DNA of 63,224 bases, filler included, from Phoronis australis (taxonomy: Eukaryota > Animalia > Phoronida), in the NCBI GenBank assembly GCA_002633005.1. It is 11 parts of 11 records of this genome, joined end to end, with 100 filler letters (N's around TTAATTAATTAA, not from the genome) between each part and the next. Parts side by side here need not be neighbours in the genome. Positions count along the whole stretch, not along the records: positions 3,702 to 25,306 come from NMRA01001004.1; positions 25,407 to 30,324 come from NMRA01002460.1; positions 30,425 to 33,280 come from NMRA01003373.1; positions 33,381 to 35,679 come from NMRA01003750.1; positions 35,780 to 41,306 come from NMRA01002321.1; 6 more parts are not named here. One strand, 5' to 3'. The notes beneath the pieces are model-generated. The model was given only the letters and a program-made list of their open reading frames with translations. It was not told the DNA's origin and made no database searches. This document shows, piece after piece, positions 23,931-36,595 of the stretch. The translations under genes were made by a program, and so were the position numbers. Position 1 is the stretch's first letter. Every line of letters starts with the position of its first letter.

Positions 23931-24964
23931 ACGCAGACCTGTGTACCATACGCAAAAAATGCGGATTCGTACGGAAATCAAGCCTCCAGTACGCAAGGCC
24001 AGCCAAAAATACGCAAATTCAGCAAATTCAAAATAGATTATTAATTCGCTTGTTTCTCAATAAATACGCCAATTTGTAGTCTAAACGGACGAGGTAGAAG
24101 ATTTTAAAGTTAGAAATTAAAAAAATATTGTAAAATCATAATTTTAGCCAAAAAGTTGAACTACAAACTCGGAAAACTTGCTTCGTTTCATTCTTGAAAT
24201 AGCCTGATAATCGGCGAATCGCGAGGCCTCTTCTACCGGTATGTGTGTCACAGGCCTAACCGATAAGCAATGACTTCTGTGATTTGTGGATTGCTTACTT
24301 CGTCTAATTCCGGCTATTTACGGCTAAATACGTATTGTTGACAAAATGGCAAAGCATGTGGTCGCATATTCCGTGCTGTGAAGAAAGTAGCTTCTGAAAG
24401 AAGGGAACATCTGTTTTTTACCACGTTATTCCAAAGAATGGCAATGTCTTATTCAAGGGACCATGGAATTTATACTGGAAGTTATAAGGCGTGTTGTTTT
24501 TTGCGGACATGGTGATCTGCACTGACTTCGTAGCATGTTGAGCTGACGATAATACTCAAGGCACAGTCTAGGCAATGACCATCGCCACTGTTGGCCCGAA
24601 CCAGAGGCGATGCAGAGGCTATAGGCGCTCGCACCGACTAAACCATCAAAGTCACGTTGTTATAAATACCTTTTGCGCTTAGAGGAACACCTAAGGAGGT
24701 TGTTGATGTGTTTAAGTTCTTCCAGCTTGAACAAATACTCTCGTTATGAAACTTCGAGCAGTCCCTATTTCAGTTCCCAAAATCGTGAAATCAAAATTTT
24801 CATTTTTTTTAACCAGGCCGAAGGTCAGAAGTTGCGGTCCTACCGGCAAACTTTGAAAGCTGAAGTTCCCGCCCTTTGCATACGTGCTGCCGGGGACCAG
24901 CCGTGCATTTGCCGTGTTGTTAAACATTAGAATGTCAAATATGTGCACAAAGACTATTAAGTAC

Positions 24965-25306
24965 TAGTCCACGAGAGCACCAACCATGAGCGGCAAGGTG
25001 GGGGTCAGCCGATTTTCACCAAATTTGGCACATATGTAGTCCTATGTGATCTATAAACAGCGGTAAAATATTTCCTCAAAATATTGTGTTTTTCTAAAGT
25101 TATAGGTTCAAACACATTTTACGGTTTCGCAGCCATGTTTTCACGGCATAAAAACTGTCCAGTTTTAACTGTTCATATTTTTCCTTGAATGAAAGCTATT
25201 GATTTATTATTCACTTGGCATTGTTTAGTGGTGCCTATAGATTGTTACACAGATGTCTTGAAACACGATTCCGATTTACCACCCTCATTTAGTAGTTTTA
25301 CTACAC
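24965..25306 (+). mobile_element. Interspersed repeat end, paralogous to 581-1545; truncated by spacer
   Basis: Direct sequence similarity to the 581-1545 copy. Confidence 0.55.
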
Positions 25307-25548
25307 NNNNNNNNNNNNNNNNNNNNNNNNNNNNNNNNNNNNNNNNNNNNTTAATTAATTAANNNNNNNNNNNNNNNNNNNNNNNNNNNNNNNNNNNNNN
25401 NNNNNNATTCTGCAAATGCCGAAATCTCGAATCTGCACAGACAAAACGAAATCCTGAATGCTGAAGTTTTGAGCTTGCGCCATCAAAATACTCTGTCAGG
25501 CCAACACCGGTCAAACAATGGCGGGGGATCGGTCCTAATCTCACTTTC

Positions 25549-27485
25549 TTTCGCAACCTCCCTATTTGCTCAAAATTGTTGGATTCCAATAATATTCCAT
25601 GTCGAGGCAGACCTAGGATTCAACATTTCTGATGAATCTAAAACTGACTCAAGAAGCATTTCATCAGCTGCCAGATAAGAGTTGATGTCAGGGCTCTTAT
25701 CAAGGTAAGTATCAATGAATGGAGATGGTTTAATCAAATTCTGGTCATGATCATCGCGCTAGTCTGACTGTGAAACACATACTGTTCGTATGCCAGCTCA
25801 TTGCTGTTGCTTTATGTAACTCTTTTGGTCCAAAGTAGCAATTTTTGGTCCGATAATAACCATAAAGAATAAGACAACGATTTGCAGTCTATTTTTACAT
25901 TACACTTTTCTCCGAGACTTCGAGAATAGCCCGATCACAAACTAATATGGCTGACACAACTGCATACACTGTCGCTGGAGGCAGCACTAAACACTTCCAA
26001 AACAAAGGACAGTGAGGTAACAAAGACTGTCCTAACTACTAGGTAACCAGACTAAATAAACTCTAGTTAACCCTATTTTGTTTCTATTTATAGCAAAAAC
26101 ACCATATGCCAGACCTACCAACTGGATAGTATGACATTAGTTGGTCAAATTTGTCAATGCCGCCCATATGTATGTTGTACGCAATGTTGACGTGAGGCTT
26201 TCCATTCTCAGCAATACCATGATCAGCTGAGGTAGACGGAAAAATTATCTGCCTTTTGTCTTTGAACGACGTTACCAACACCCACCCCCTTTCTGTTCCT
26301 GAATTGCATCCCCTTGATTTTTTAATTATGCCTTGTAACCCTTTCCCGTTGTGATTGATGGTTGCGCATGAGTACGTATCAACCAGAAGGAGATGCTCGC
26401 TGAGGAGTAATGAGGAAAAAATCTGTCAAAAAAGATGTGGCGACATTGGTGGTGGTATGGCTGGGTAAGATTCCTCACTACATCATACCCCAATCCATGC
26501 TGTCTTTCCCCTGCNTTTCGCAACCTCCCTTTTTGCTCAGACGTGTTGGATTCCAATAATATTCCATGTCGAGGCAGACCTAGAATTCAACATTTCTGAT
26601 GAATCTAAAACTGACTCAAGAAGCATTTCATCAGCTGCCAGATAAGAGTTGATGTCAGGGCTCTTATCAAGGTAAGTATCAATGAATGGAGATGGTTTAA
26701 TCAAATTCTGGTCATGATCATCGCGCGAGTCTGACTGTGAAACACATACTGTTCGTATGCCAGCTCATTGCTGTTGCTTACTTTATGTAACTCTTTTGGT
26801 CCAAAGTAGCAATTTTTGGTCCGATAATAACCATAAAGAATAAAACAAAGATTTGCAGTCTATTTTTACATTACACTTTTCTCCAAGACTTCGAGAACAG
26901 CCCGATCACAAACTAATATGGCTGACACAACTGCATACACTGTCGCTGGAGGCAGCACTAAACACTTCCAAAACAAAGGACAGTGAGGTAACAAAGACTG
27001 TCATAACTACTAGGTAACCAGACTAAATAAACTCCAGTTAACCCTATTTTGTTTCTATTTATAGCAAAAACACCATATGCCAGACCTACCAACTGGATAG
27101 TATGACATTAGTTGGTCAAATTTGTCGATGCCGCCCATATGTATGTTGTACGCAATGTTGACGTGAGGCTTTCCATTCTCAGCAACACCATGATCATCTG
27201 AGGTAGACGGAAAAATTATCTGCCTTTTGTCTTTGAACGACGTTACCAACACCCACCCCCTTTCTGTTCCTGAATTACATCCCCTTGATTTTTTAATTAT
27301 GCCTTGTAACCCTTTCCCGTTGTGATTGATGGTTGCGCATGAGTACGTATCAACCAGAAGGAGATGCTCGCTGAGGAGTAATGAGGAAAAAATCTGTCGA
27401 AAAAGATGTGGCGACCTTGGTGGTGGTATGGCTGGGTAAGATTCCTCACTACATCATACCCCAATCCATGCTCTCTTTCCCCTGC
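25549..27485. repeat. About 970-bp near-identical tandem duplication (25549-26514 / 26516-27485) joined by a single N; probable haplotype-merge artefact
   Basis: Copies differ by scattered SNPs and a small indel; the junction is exactly the n at 26515. Confidence 0.8.
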
Positions 27486-27936
27486 TTTCCGACCAGTATA
27501 AATCTCGAAGCCACAGCATTAACCTGACTTGTTCTCACACGGCTGCCATGCTTTGATTCCCCATTTTGTGGGTTTGGCCGGCATATACTGGCGGAAGAAA
27601 ATTTTCCCCTTGTATCCTATCATACCCTTGTCAACAGAAAGATTCTGGGTTGGCTTGTAATAGTTGAATAACCTTGGACTGATCAAGTCAATGACAGGTC
27701 GAACTTTGTTCAAAGGGTCACATTTCGACATATCTGGTCCTTGACATTATGGATGAAATGTAACGGTCATTGAAACGTGGATCTTTACTCCAATAAAAAC
27801 TCAGTCGAAGTAATTGCTGTATTCCCATCATGACTGAAATACAGAAAAAAGTCTTCATTTCAGCAGTGCATGTTTGCTGCCATTTTGAATCTGGTGTAGT
27901 AGCAATATTCTGCTGGGCACAAAGATTCGTCTCTCG
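27055..27936 (-). pseudogene. piggyBac (PGBD4-like) transposase pseudogene, family B; 3' part duplicated at 26084-26514
   Basis: Motifs RETN..., YWSKDPRF, DPLNKVRP, SVDKGMIGYKGK..RQYMPAKPTKWGIK, FFDRFF, YN.HMGGIDKFDQ; frameshifts and stops. Confidence 0.9.
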
Positions 27937-29173
27937 AGATTCCATTTCAAAAAAACTATCAGGCAAGCACGACAGATGTAAACAATCGGTCAAAATACAG
28001 CTTGTGAAATATATTGTGAAATGGTGTTGACAAATTCCACACCACATCATGTCCTAACCCATGCTAACATCTGCCATCTTTGCTCTTGCCAGTATAGATA
28101 TCAAGACCGCAACAATAACCTGTATCGGCCTCACATATATGCCACATCTTTTTGCCCCATTTGGTAGGCTTTGCTGGCATATATTGGCGAAAGTGTAACC
28201 TGCCTTTGAAACCAATCATGCCTTCGTCAATTGACAAGTGACAGCCAGGTTTGTACACTTGTCTGGGCTTAGGTTCAAACATGTTTAGCAATGGTCTCAC
28301 CTTGAACAGTGGATCATAGTCCGCGTCATTACGTGCCGGTTGGTTGCTGGAGTCATGAAGGTGCAAATACTGATTTATTTTTGAAAACCGGTCTCTTGTC
28401 ATTATTGAACAGATATAAGGATCTCCAAATCTAGGATCAGTACTCCAATACATCCACAATCTATACCCATCATAATAGTGATGGAAAAGAAACCTCGTAT
28501 TTCTTCAAGAGTTGTAGGCCGCCATCTTGAATCAGGATTTTGCAAACTTTTTTGACCGGCGTATCTATTGGTTTCGTTGGGAACCGTGAGGAAAAATCGT
28601 CTGCCAGAAACAACGAGAAGTAATCCAACAGTTTGGCATTGCTTGGCAAATGATGGCAAAAGCCACAATTTTCTTGAAAAGCACCTAATCTGGGTGCATG
28701 CAAGTCATTGGTCCAATCGCTGGTAAGTCCATGCAGAAATTCGTCTTCGTCGGAGATTTCATCGCTTGACGAACTTACCTCGGACACAACGATGTCGGAC
28801 TCGTCAATGCCGGTAAAAGACTCCAATTCAGCAGTAGCTTCAGCTACTTCTTCTTCAGTAAAACCAACGAAATCGTCATCACTGTCACTTGAAACATAAC
28901 CCGATGCCATCGGACCTTTAATCCCCTACTTCCGTTTAGGCTGTCACGCTCTTTTTGCGTGAAAATTCAGCAAAAACTTTTGTTCATTTCGAGGAAATGA
29001 ATGGGATACTATTTTTAGACAATATGGCTGCCAAAACCACGCAAGTTATCGTTTTTTGACGACGTATCAGGGCACTTACTCGATCTAAAAATAGAGAGGT
29101 TGATACGGCCGGTACCAGCCGGCTTAGGAGCATGCGAACTCAGCCGGTTAAGGCCAGTTAAAGCACGAAAGGG
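27937..29173 (-). mobile_element. piggyBac element family A: 5' terminus plus degenerate transposase (ATG at 28910)
   Basis: TTAA|CCC terminus (TTAA at 29174-29177). Acidic N-terminus, ETNRYA, YWSTDPRF, DPLFKVRP, SIDEGMIGFKGRLHFRQYMPAKPTKWG, YFDRLFTS; several frameshifts. Confidence 0.9.
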
Positions 29174-29193
29174 TTAAACCAGAAATGTCTAAA

Positions 29194-29500
29194 CTAAGAG
29201 TCTTCAATAAGCCTACTTGGCTTATGTCTGATTTTACCAGAGCGACATATAGCTCAAAGGGCTTTTCTAGGGGTGTATATGTATTCGCAGAACCACTCTC
29301 TGGCTCATCATTGTCAGCACACAATTCAGGCCTACAGTTTCATGTATCCTCATTGACCTCACTCTTTAACAAGTGTTGTCTATTATGCTCTAAATAATTA
29401 CCATCATCAAGTTGTACGTTAAATGACCTATTGTCAACCTCCTCACGAATTATACCGCTTCTAGGCCACTTAAGACTGACATAATCTGTAGCACCTATGT
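29194..29500 (-). mobile_element. Gypsy-type integrase C-terminal remnant
   Basis: Translates as KWPRSGIIREEVDNRSFNVQLDDGNYLEHNRQHLLK, then after a stop and frameshift RSGKIRHKPSRLIEDS*. Resembles the RSYxV..G...RRNRxHL and TRSGR..KP.RL tails of Gypsy pol. Confidence 0.55.
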
Positions 29501-32500
29501 GTGGCAATAATAAAAAAATTTGTTTTTGGTTTCAGTTCTTGTAGTTGTTTATTTTTTCCCTTGTGACATACACACAAAGCATCTGATGTAATATGACCAC
29601 GACAAATACATCCCAAGTGTCTCTGTCTTCTAGGGTGTCTGTAGTCACTACCCCTAGCACGTCAACTGAGTGTCTATTGCTTGTAGACGAATCTAAAGTG
29701 TCTACTATGATGAGTAATTGCGTCCTGAATTCCTATACTGCGATGTCTAATTGCGTCTTAAATATCTACTGGGTTGTAGTGCTCACATCTGGACTATCCA
29801 ATGTGGTTAATCTACAAAATAACAAAATCAGTTGCCAAATCGCATGTCAAATTAGAGTGATATCAAACAGTTCTTTGAACTACAGTGTTGTATCTCGAGA
29901 CAAAGACGTAGACAAATACGGGCCTGAAAATGAACAATCTTACAGATATCTGAGGCTTTATGACAAAGTCAAGGTCACCAGATAACAAAGAGGAACTGAA
30001 TCTTATATATATTATCAAAACTGCATAACTACAGCGAGGCCTACTTGACCAGATAACACTCTACTAACTACAGATACCAGACAGTGTAGTTAGGGCCGCC
30101 ATATTGGATTTCGCCGGCACAAGCTTTGTGACAAGAAAGATAGTTTTTAGCCTAAAAACAGACGTGTCTGGGTCTCATATCAGATAGATGTGAGATATAA
30201 TTGCTTTATTCACCTCTTATGTTGTAAATTATAGCCTTTACCAGGTTGAGACAGCCGTAGAAGTCAGTTTTTACATCAGCGTATTTTGAAAGCGTAGTAA
30301 CTGGAACCGGAAACACCATAATATNNNNNNNNNNNNNNNNNNNNNNNNNNNNNNNNNNNNNNNNNNNNTTAATTAATTAANNNNNNNNNNNNNNNNNNNN
30401 NNNNNNNNNNNNNNNNNNNNNNNNCACAACAGTTTTTTCTTGGCTTTATTTCTCTTTCGGGTGTGCAAGACCAAGTTGACAGGGCCGAAACACAACTTCC
30501 TTCATTCATGGTCATTTCAAGATGTTATACACTTTTGTATGAATAATTTGAATATTCCACTGCACGACAATGGCAACTTGATGGCATGATTGTCGCAAAG
30601 AATTTACAAAAAGCCCTGGGAAAAATCCTATTGAATTGAATCTATATAAGAATATACAACACAGTCTGCCAACTACTGTTACCATTTGAGCAGATGTCAT
30701 CGTGTCGCTTATAGATCGGAAAATGGCTATAAATTTCAATGGTAAAATCTAATTGCAATCGTGACAAGGGTAATTTTGAGACCAGGTGGTTAGAGTTAGT
30801 CAGATTATTTCATAAGTGTGTTTTATACGAGGAAAAAATGCACCTTAAATACTGAATTATCTTGTGCAGGGTAACAAATGGTTTCACAGTTGGTGTCGTT
30901 GACATCACTGGCCCACTTTTACTGGAACCTTTGTCAACACAAACCACTCTTTCCTCATCAGCAACATTTTGTTTTTCATTTAGCAATATACATGCAGTGT
31001 ACAGAGTTCTGACTCTATAGAATGTATTCACACTGTTCAACTCTAAGGACTAATTAAACTTTTTACATGCTGTAAGGGAAATGAACTCAAGATGTCACAT
31101 GACAATTACAGTATCAGACACACGAGGACTGGGTGTTGAACTCTCACATTTTGTGGTTGCCTACCCAGAGACACCAGGGTAAACTAACAAGTAGCAAACA
31201 GTAATTTATCAGCCAATGTCAGTAACTCCTTATACACATAGGGGTTAATGAATAACATGGGAAAACTGGTTTGTATACTTGAATGAAAAAGACTTACACT
31301 TTTACATCTCATTAATTTCGGGCGAAAAATACCAAAATTGTGCCTTTTTCATTTTTCAATGACTTCTAATGGTGTTGTGAAAGTCAGAAATTTTCCAAAG
31401 TATTGTCTGGTGGTAGCTATGGTTACAAACCTTAAATATGTAAGAGCATTACCTCATTGCTACATATCTTTCAAGGGGAAAATAAATAAATAAAATTTCA
31501 CGTGTCCCGCATATTTCACCCAAAATTAGTGGGATGTTAGCGTACTTTTAGCTCTTCAACTCTCCTATTCAGCGTGACTAGAAAAAAAATTCTACCATGG
31601 AGTCTTGACAAGACCGAATAGCTATTGAGTTGAAGTCTTGAGTTAGAAAGCGGACACTTCCTTCTATGGGCTTCTGTGCCAGATTGCATGAAGCAGTCCC
31701 AAACTGGAACTCAACTAAGTTGCCAAAAGCTACAGTACTGCGTATTTGTGGGCTTGTGAAAACACCGATTGTCTTTTCTTATGCTCTTTGAGTCTCATTA
31801 CCAAGTAAATTTTTGACATACGTAGGAATCTTTTCATGTAAGGCATCAAATTTAAGGACTAACTTCCAAATTATTATGAACAGTTAGGGCTCAGTTTATA
31901 TTATTAGAAAATGTCTCATAAGTCAAAGAGGAGCTAAAATGTTAGAAAAATTTAACATCGGTGAGTGAAGAACGAAACAAATACACAAAAGATTTAGGGA
32001 ACTTAGTCGAGTCCTATTCGGAACTGTCTCATGCATCTGGGCACTGGTCGTGCAACCTACACATTGTTCTCCAAAACACAAAAGCGACCAGAATTACAAA
32101 ATTCCAAAGTCCATATTTTGTGGACTCTGTGTGTTGGTTAAGTCTTGAAATGAATGGATAGAACTGCTACCAAAAGTCCAAAATATCCTCATTTGCTTAA
32201 GAGATGACTAATCTCCCCTGATGCTTCAAACTTATAGCATAGGTTTGTAAACTCTCAACACACGTAAGCCAAGGTAAGCCAAGCTCGTCATGGCAATATT
32301 CAAACTCAGGCAGTGATGAATCAAAACAGGTTGTGGAAAACATTGCTACTGATAAGAAGACAAATGGCTCGTTCAATTTATCTCTTCAGAAATCGGAAAT
32401 CGTCTCTGGAATAGCATGATACAGAATACCATAGGTGAGTGTTAAACCAAACAGACTGGAGGAGTTTGACATGAAATGGTGAAGTGGTGGTAACAGAAAT

Positions 32501-34287
32501 CTGTCTGTGTTTACATTTTGCTGATGGAAAGCTACACAAAAATTCAGTTGTCAAACTGTATCTTTCACTTCTGCATGGCGTGGGTATTTCATGGTCAGTC
32601 ACGCGAGGGGGAACAAATTTTATCTTAATTTATGCTTAACTGACTAATGGCAATGATTTTGAAATTACCATTAAAATTCTTCAAAATAGGAAAAAATAAT
32701 TGGTAAAATTGCCACATTTCTATTTTTCAGAGTTTTACCACATTGTTGCAAATGCTTAAAATTGAACCAAATGTTGCTTGGAAATAGCTATGCCATACAA
32801 ACCATGCCAAAAGCAAATTTTCCTGAAAAATTATTTTTACTGAGAAATCTGACTATTATTTCACCTGTCCACCCTATTGTGTCTCAAACTGAAGAATTTT
32901 TACAGTGGGCAGCTTTGCATGGTGGCAAGAATTGAAGTTGAAATCTGATTGTAAATGACAATTTCCTTTTACATCTACACTAATGACTTTGGCCTGGGGC
33001 TCTGTCTAGACAAGAGATAAAGCCATCAGAGATGAAGGAAATGAGCTCTTAGGAACTTTCTACCAGCAAATTCTTCCATTGGCTGCTGTATTACACTGAA
33101 TCCCTAAAAATTGATGTTATTATGCAACCAACAAGACCAAACTCAACAGAGATTATTGATTAACCATCAGCCAATGTAATACATTACTGCCCTGCCCATA
33201 ATAATAAATTAGGTCAAGTCAGGTGGATCTGTTATGTATTTAGGTCAACAGCAGAGGCCTGAGCAAGATCAACATTCAATNNNNNNNNNNNNNNNNNNNN
33301 NNNNNNNNNNNNNNNNNNNNNNNNTTAATTAATTAANNNNNNNNNNNNNNNNNNNNNNNNNNNNNNNNNNNNNNNNNNNNCCCAGCCCATTTTGAAGTTG
33401 GCAAGATTAAAGGTGCTTTACCATTAGTATGTTAATCTGCAAACGAAACTTAGCTGAAAATAGTACGCTTTTAAAGCGAAGCTTCACTACTCATTGAAAC
33501 ATTGGTGTAGTGTGAACGATCAGCGCTTAAAGCCTCTTCCAAGTTATTGGTAGAGGATGCGGCAACAATTAACACCATGCAAGACTCACAAAACATGTTC
33601 TTAGATATTGTAGTGTGGCCGGCGTATCTCAAAAGACACGCGTAAATAAATAAAAGAAAGCATTATGATGAAGAAAGACACGTGATCATTTTCATAAACA
33701 CTCACAAATGGCAGCAGAACAATTTTCACTTAGCCTCGAACCCACTACACAATATTCTTATAAGAGTATGAATGAACGGCACCGTCTGGTGTCTTCTTCG
33801 ATGACTAAATCATAATTTAGCAATAACTTCGATATCGCTGTCTAGTCAGAAAGGTAAGTACTTAGTTTCAATGAAGCTTCGGTAAGCCGACGTTCCTTTA
33901 TATGAAAGCACCATACATTTATTTGTGTTGCATAGTTGTTGGTTAACTAATGATTTCTAGTTTAAAAGCATGTTTTGTAGAGTACCACTTGGCTTGATAT
34001 GTATTCAGATCAGCCTGATGATGATTATCACTCTGATACCATGGTCACTCAAAGAATCATCCAAGGAAATCTCTTTTGATCATTAATAATTATCCTGTGA
34101 AAAGAAATCTTAAATTATCCCAATTCACGATAAACCTTGCATGAAAAACTATAACGACCATTAATATGAACTGTTCTCAACCACTTATACCGTATATCAT
34201 TCATATGAATTCATATAAGTGGTTGATATGAAATCATACAACAAATCTTTTATGATAAATTATGATCACACAAAATCGTCTGTGTAC

Positions 34288-34548
34288 AGTGGAATTAGTA
34301 TACCACTGTGGTATTAATATAGCACTGTGGTATTAGTAAACCACTGTGGTATTAGTAAACCACTGTGGTATTAGTAAACCACTGTGGTATTAGTATACCA
34401 CAGTGGTATTAGTATACCACAGTGGCATTAGTATACCACAGTGGCATTAGTATACCACAGTGGCATTAGTATACCACAGTGGTATTAGTATACCACTGTG
34501 GTATTAATATAGCACTGTGGTATTAGTATGCCACTGTGGTATTGGTAT
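34288..34548. repeat. 19-bp minisatellite with self-complementary unit, about 13 copies
   Basis: Unit TAGT-ATACCAC(A/T)GTGGTAT. Confidence 0.93.
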
Positions 34549-35544
34549 AAAATTTAGTTTAAGATTACAAGAACAATGCTGTGAATAACTTGACTTAAAC
34601 TGCCCTGTGATTCGATCGAGTAGACTTTATTGACCAATAACACATCATATGAAGACAAAGGAGTTGGTGGTTTAGTGAGCATACATCAAATTCTGAATCA
34701 TTAATCTGTTAATTAATTTGTTGAAACCACCACGCCATCTAGAGTCGGTATGCAGATAAAGACTTAACACTACAGGCTGTACATAAATACGTAACACTAC
34801 AGCTATATTAAAAGTCATAACTGTTCAGTTAGCATATGTAAGACTCTAAAAAATATCCAAATCTGGTGAACTTGGGAACACGATACTTCAGAATTCAAAA
34901 ATGGCCGACAGGATTCATATAGCTTCAACATCATATACCTTATACATTGTCGTTTCAAACATTTTTTAAGGTTTGTTTTTAAAGGGTTTTATTTTTGGAT
35001 TTAGAGCCATCAAAAAAAGAATATTTTTTAAAGATTTTTGCAAAAGAAACTCTAAGTTACATAAACAAAACAAAATATTTTAGAAAGTAAGGAGCTTTCT
35101 TCCAATTGAACATTTTGGTCGCAGAAATTTGTCCATGATATTGATATTTTTTCACTTTAAATGTACCTTTCTCTCTCCAACATTTTACTAAAAATACAAG
35201 GTCACATGACCCAATTAGTAACAGGTTGTCTACAAGCTTTCTATTTCAGAAAACATCTAGTTTATTTGACTTGGTGTCTATTGTTTTGCAGATAGTTGGC
35301 TCAATGTGTAAGAGCTGATAAGATCCTACATAACCATAAAGTCTTCATTCACACTCTATCCTATGTTCTAATGGCAGGTGACAATACTTTAGCGTAATTG
35401 TACACTAGGTGGAGTCGGTGTCAACAAAGTGAGATTAGCAAAATACAGTTTTACCAGTGATTGTGGTTCATGTATCACATTTCAACAACACCTGCACTGA
35501 AGTATCCCCATGTATTGATGAGATGGTATCAAATGTACTGACAT

Positions 35545-35642
35545 GACACCTGATGTACCCAGGGTGATAGGACACCTGATGTACCCAGGGTGACAGAACA
35601 CCCCATGTACCCAGGGTGACAGAACACCCCATGTACCCAGGG
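35545..35642. repeat. 26-bp tandem repeat, about 4 copies
   Basis: ATGTACCCAGGG recurs at 35553, 35579, 35605, 35631. Confidence 0.88.
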
Positions 35643-35779
35643 CTGCAACACTTCACTCCGTTTGATATAGATGGTCAAGNNNNNNNNNNNNNNNNNNNNN
35701 NNNNNNNNNNNNNNNNNNNNNNNTTAATTAATTAANNNNNNNNNNNNNNNNNNNNNNNNNNNNNNNNNNNNNNNNNNNN

Positions 35780-36130
35780 ATTCCTGAGTGGCCAAATGTT
35801 ATGTATGGTGACATTTACAATTATTTGGTAGAATCAAAAGCAGTTGATGGACAGTGGATGAAAAACTTTAAAAGCCTAGAATCATTCAATTACTCCCAGA
35901 GTGGATGCGCTGATAAGATTTTACACCGTAATTTGGACAAGGACACCTGGTTATCAAGTGAAATGTCAGACCATCTCAGAACATCAATAATGAGTGGAAC
36001 TCAGTCTGCATAAAAGCATTGAATAGTGGTGAAATATTGTCTGGCACTTGCAAATGTATGGCCGGATTAGGAAAGACATGCAGTCACATTGGTGCTGACT
36101 TGTGGAAAATTGAACACTCTGTTAGAATGG
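35780..36130 (+). pseudogene. ISL2EU/IS4EU-like second-ORF remnant with SWIM zinc finger
   Basis: WP.VMYGDIYNYLV...KSLESFNY..SG, VRPSQ (shifted frame), GEILSGTCKCMAGLGKTCSHIGA.LWKIE (CxC...CxH SWIM). Confidence 0.75.
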
Positions 36131-36214
36131 GGTTTCCGAATTGTCCGCAGTATCAGGCAGTGTCTCACTGGTCTCAGATGCAACATGTTCGACCATGTGG
36201 GTGTTTTTAGATAC

Positions 36215-36595
36215 GTGTGCATCATCATCTTCATCAGTAGTAGCTGATTTTGTGAGCTTCAAAACTTTCCTGTGACCAGGTTTTACCTTTCTGGCATATC
36301 CCATGTTTAGCTGAGGCACTGGATTTCTTTCTGTTGGCTCACCATCCACGAAATGAATGGAACAAACAAAGACATTTTTTGGTTATCTGTCTCTGTTAAT
36401 GGACTTTTGCCACAGTACTCTCAATTCACTGTTGTGTTTACCTGATGGCATTCTGTGTAACTTGTAAGGTTTTAAACATGGACAGTCTTTGTGCATTTGA
36501 CCATGGTGTTCATCACAGATTTCTGTCTCCCAACGTTTCAATTTCACCCAGTTGTTGTGACAGCCTGTTACAGCACAGTTACTACCACTGGGCAT
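36215..36595 (-). pseudogene. THAP-domain N-terminus of an ISL2EU-like transposase, convergent with the SWIM ORF
   Basis: MPSGSNCAVTGCHNN...LHRMP...LWQKSINR.. (in-frame stop) ..VCSIHFVDGEPTERNPVPQLNMGY; C2CH THAP signature. Confidence 0.8.

Noticed and set aside
24816-24930. Candidate EME1 last exon (AEGQKLRSYRQ...) after a good acceptor
   Set aside because: No convincing match to the conserved VRRG...GPELSRR C-terminus, and it lies within TE-like sequence.
25549-27485. Recent biological tandem duplication of a piggyBac segment
   Set aside because: Junction is a single N and divergence looks allelic; more likely uncollapsed haplotypes, pending read evidence.
34177-34226. Short perfect hairpins (also 44796-44872, 55978-56043, 62091-62111)
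   Set aside because: Most simply MITE or Helitron relics; no additional evidence for RNA genes.
35630-35679. Possible exon (LTIYIKRSEVLQPW) whose donor is copied by the 26-bp repeat
   Set aside because: Only about 40 nt are visible before the spacer and the donor (TGG|GTACAT) is weak; cannot be supported as a further donor-anchored repeat.
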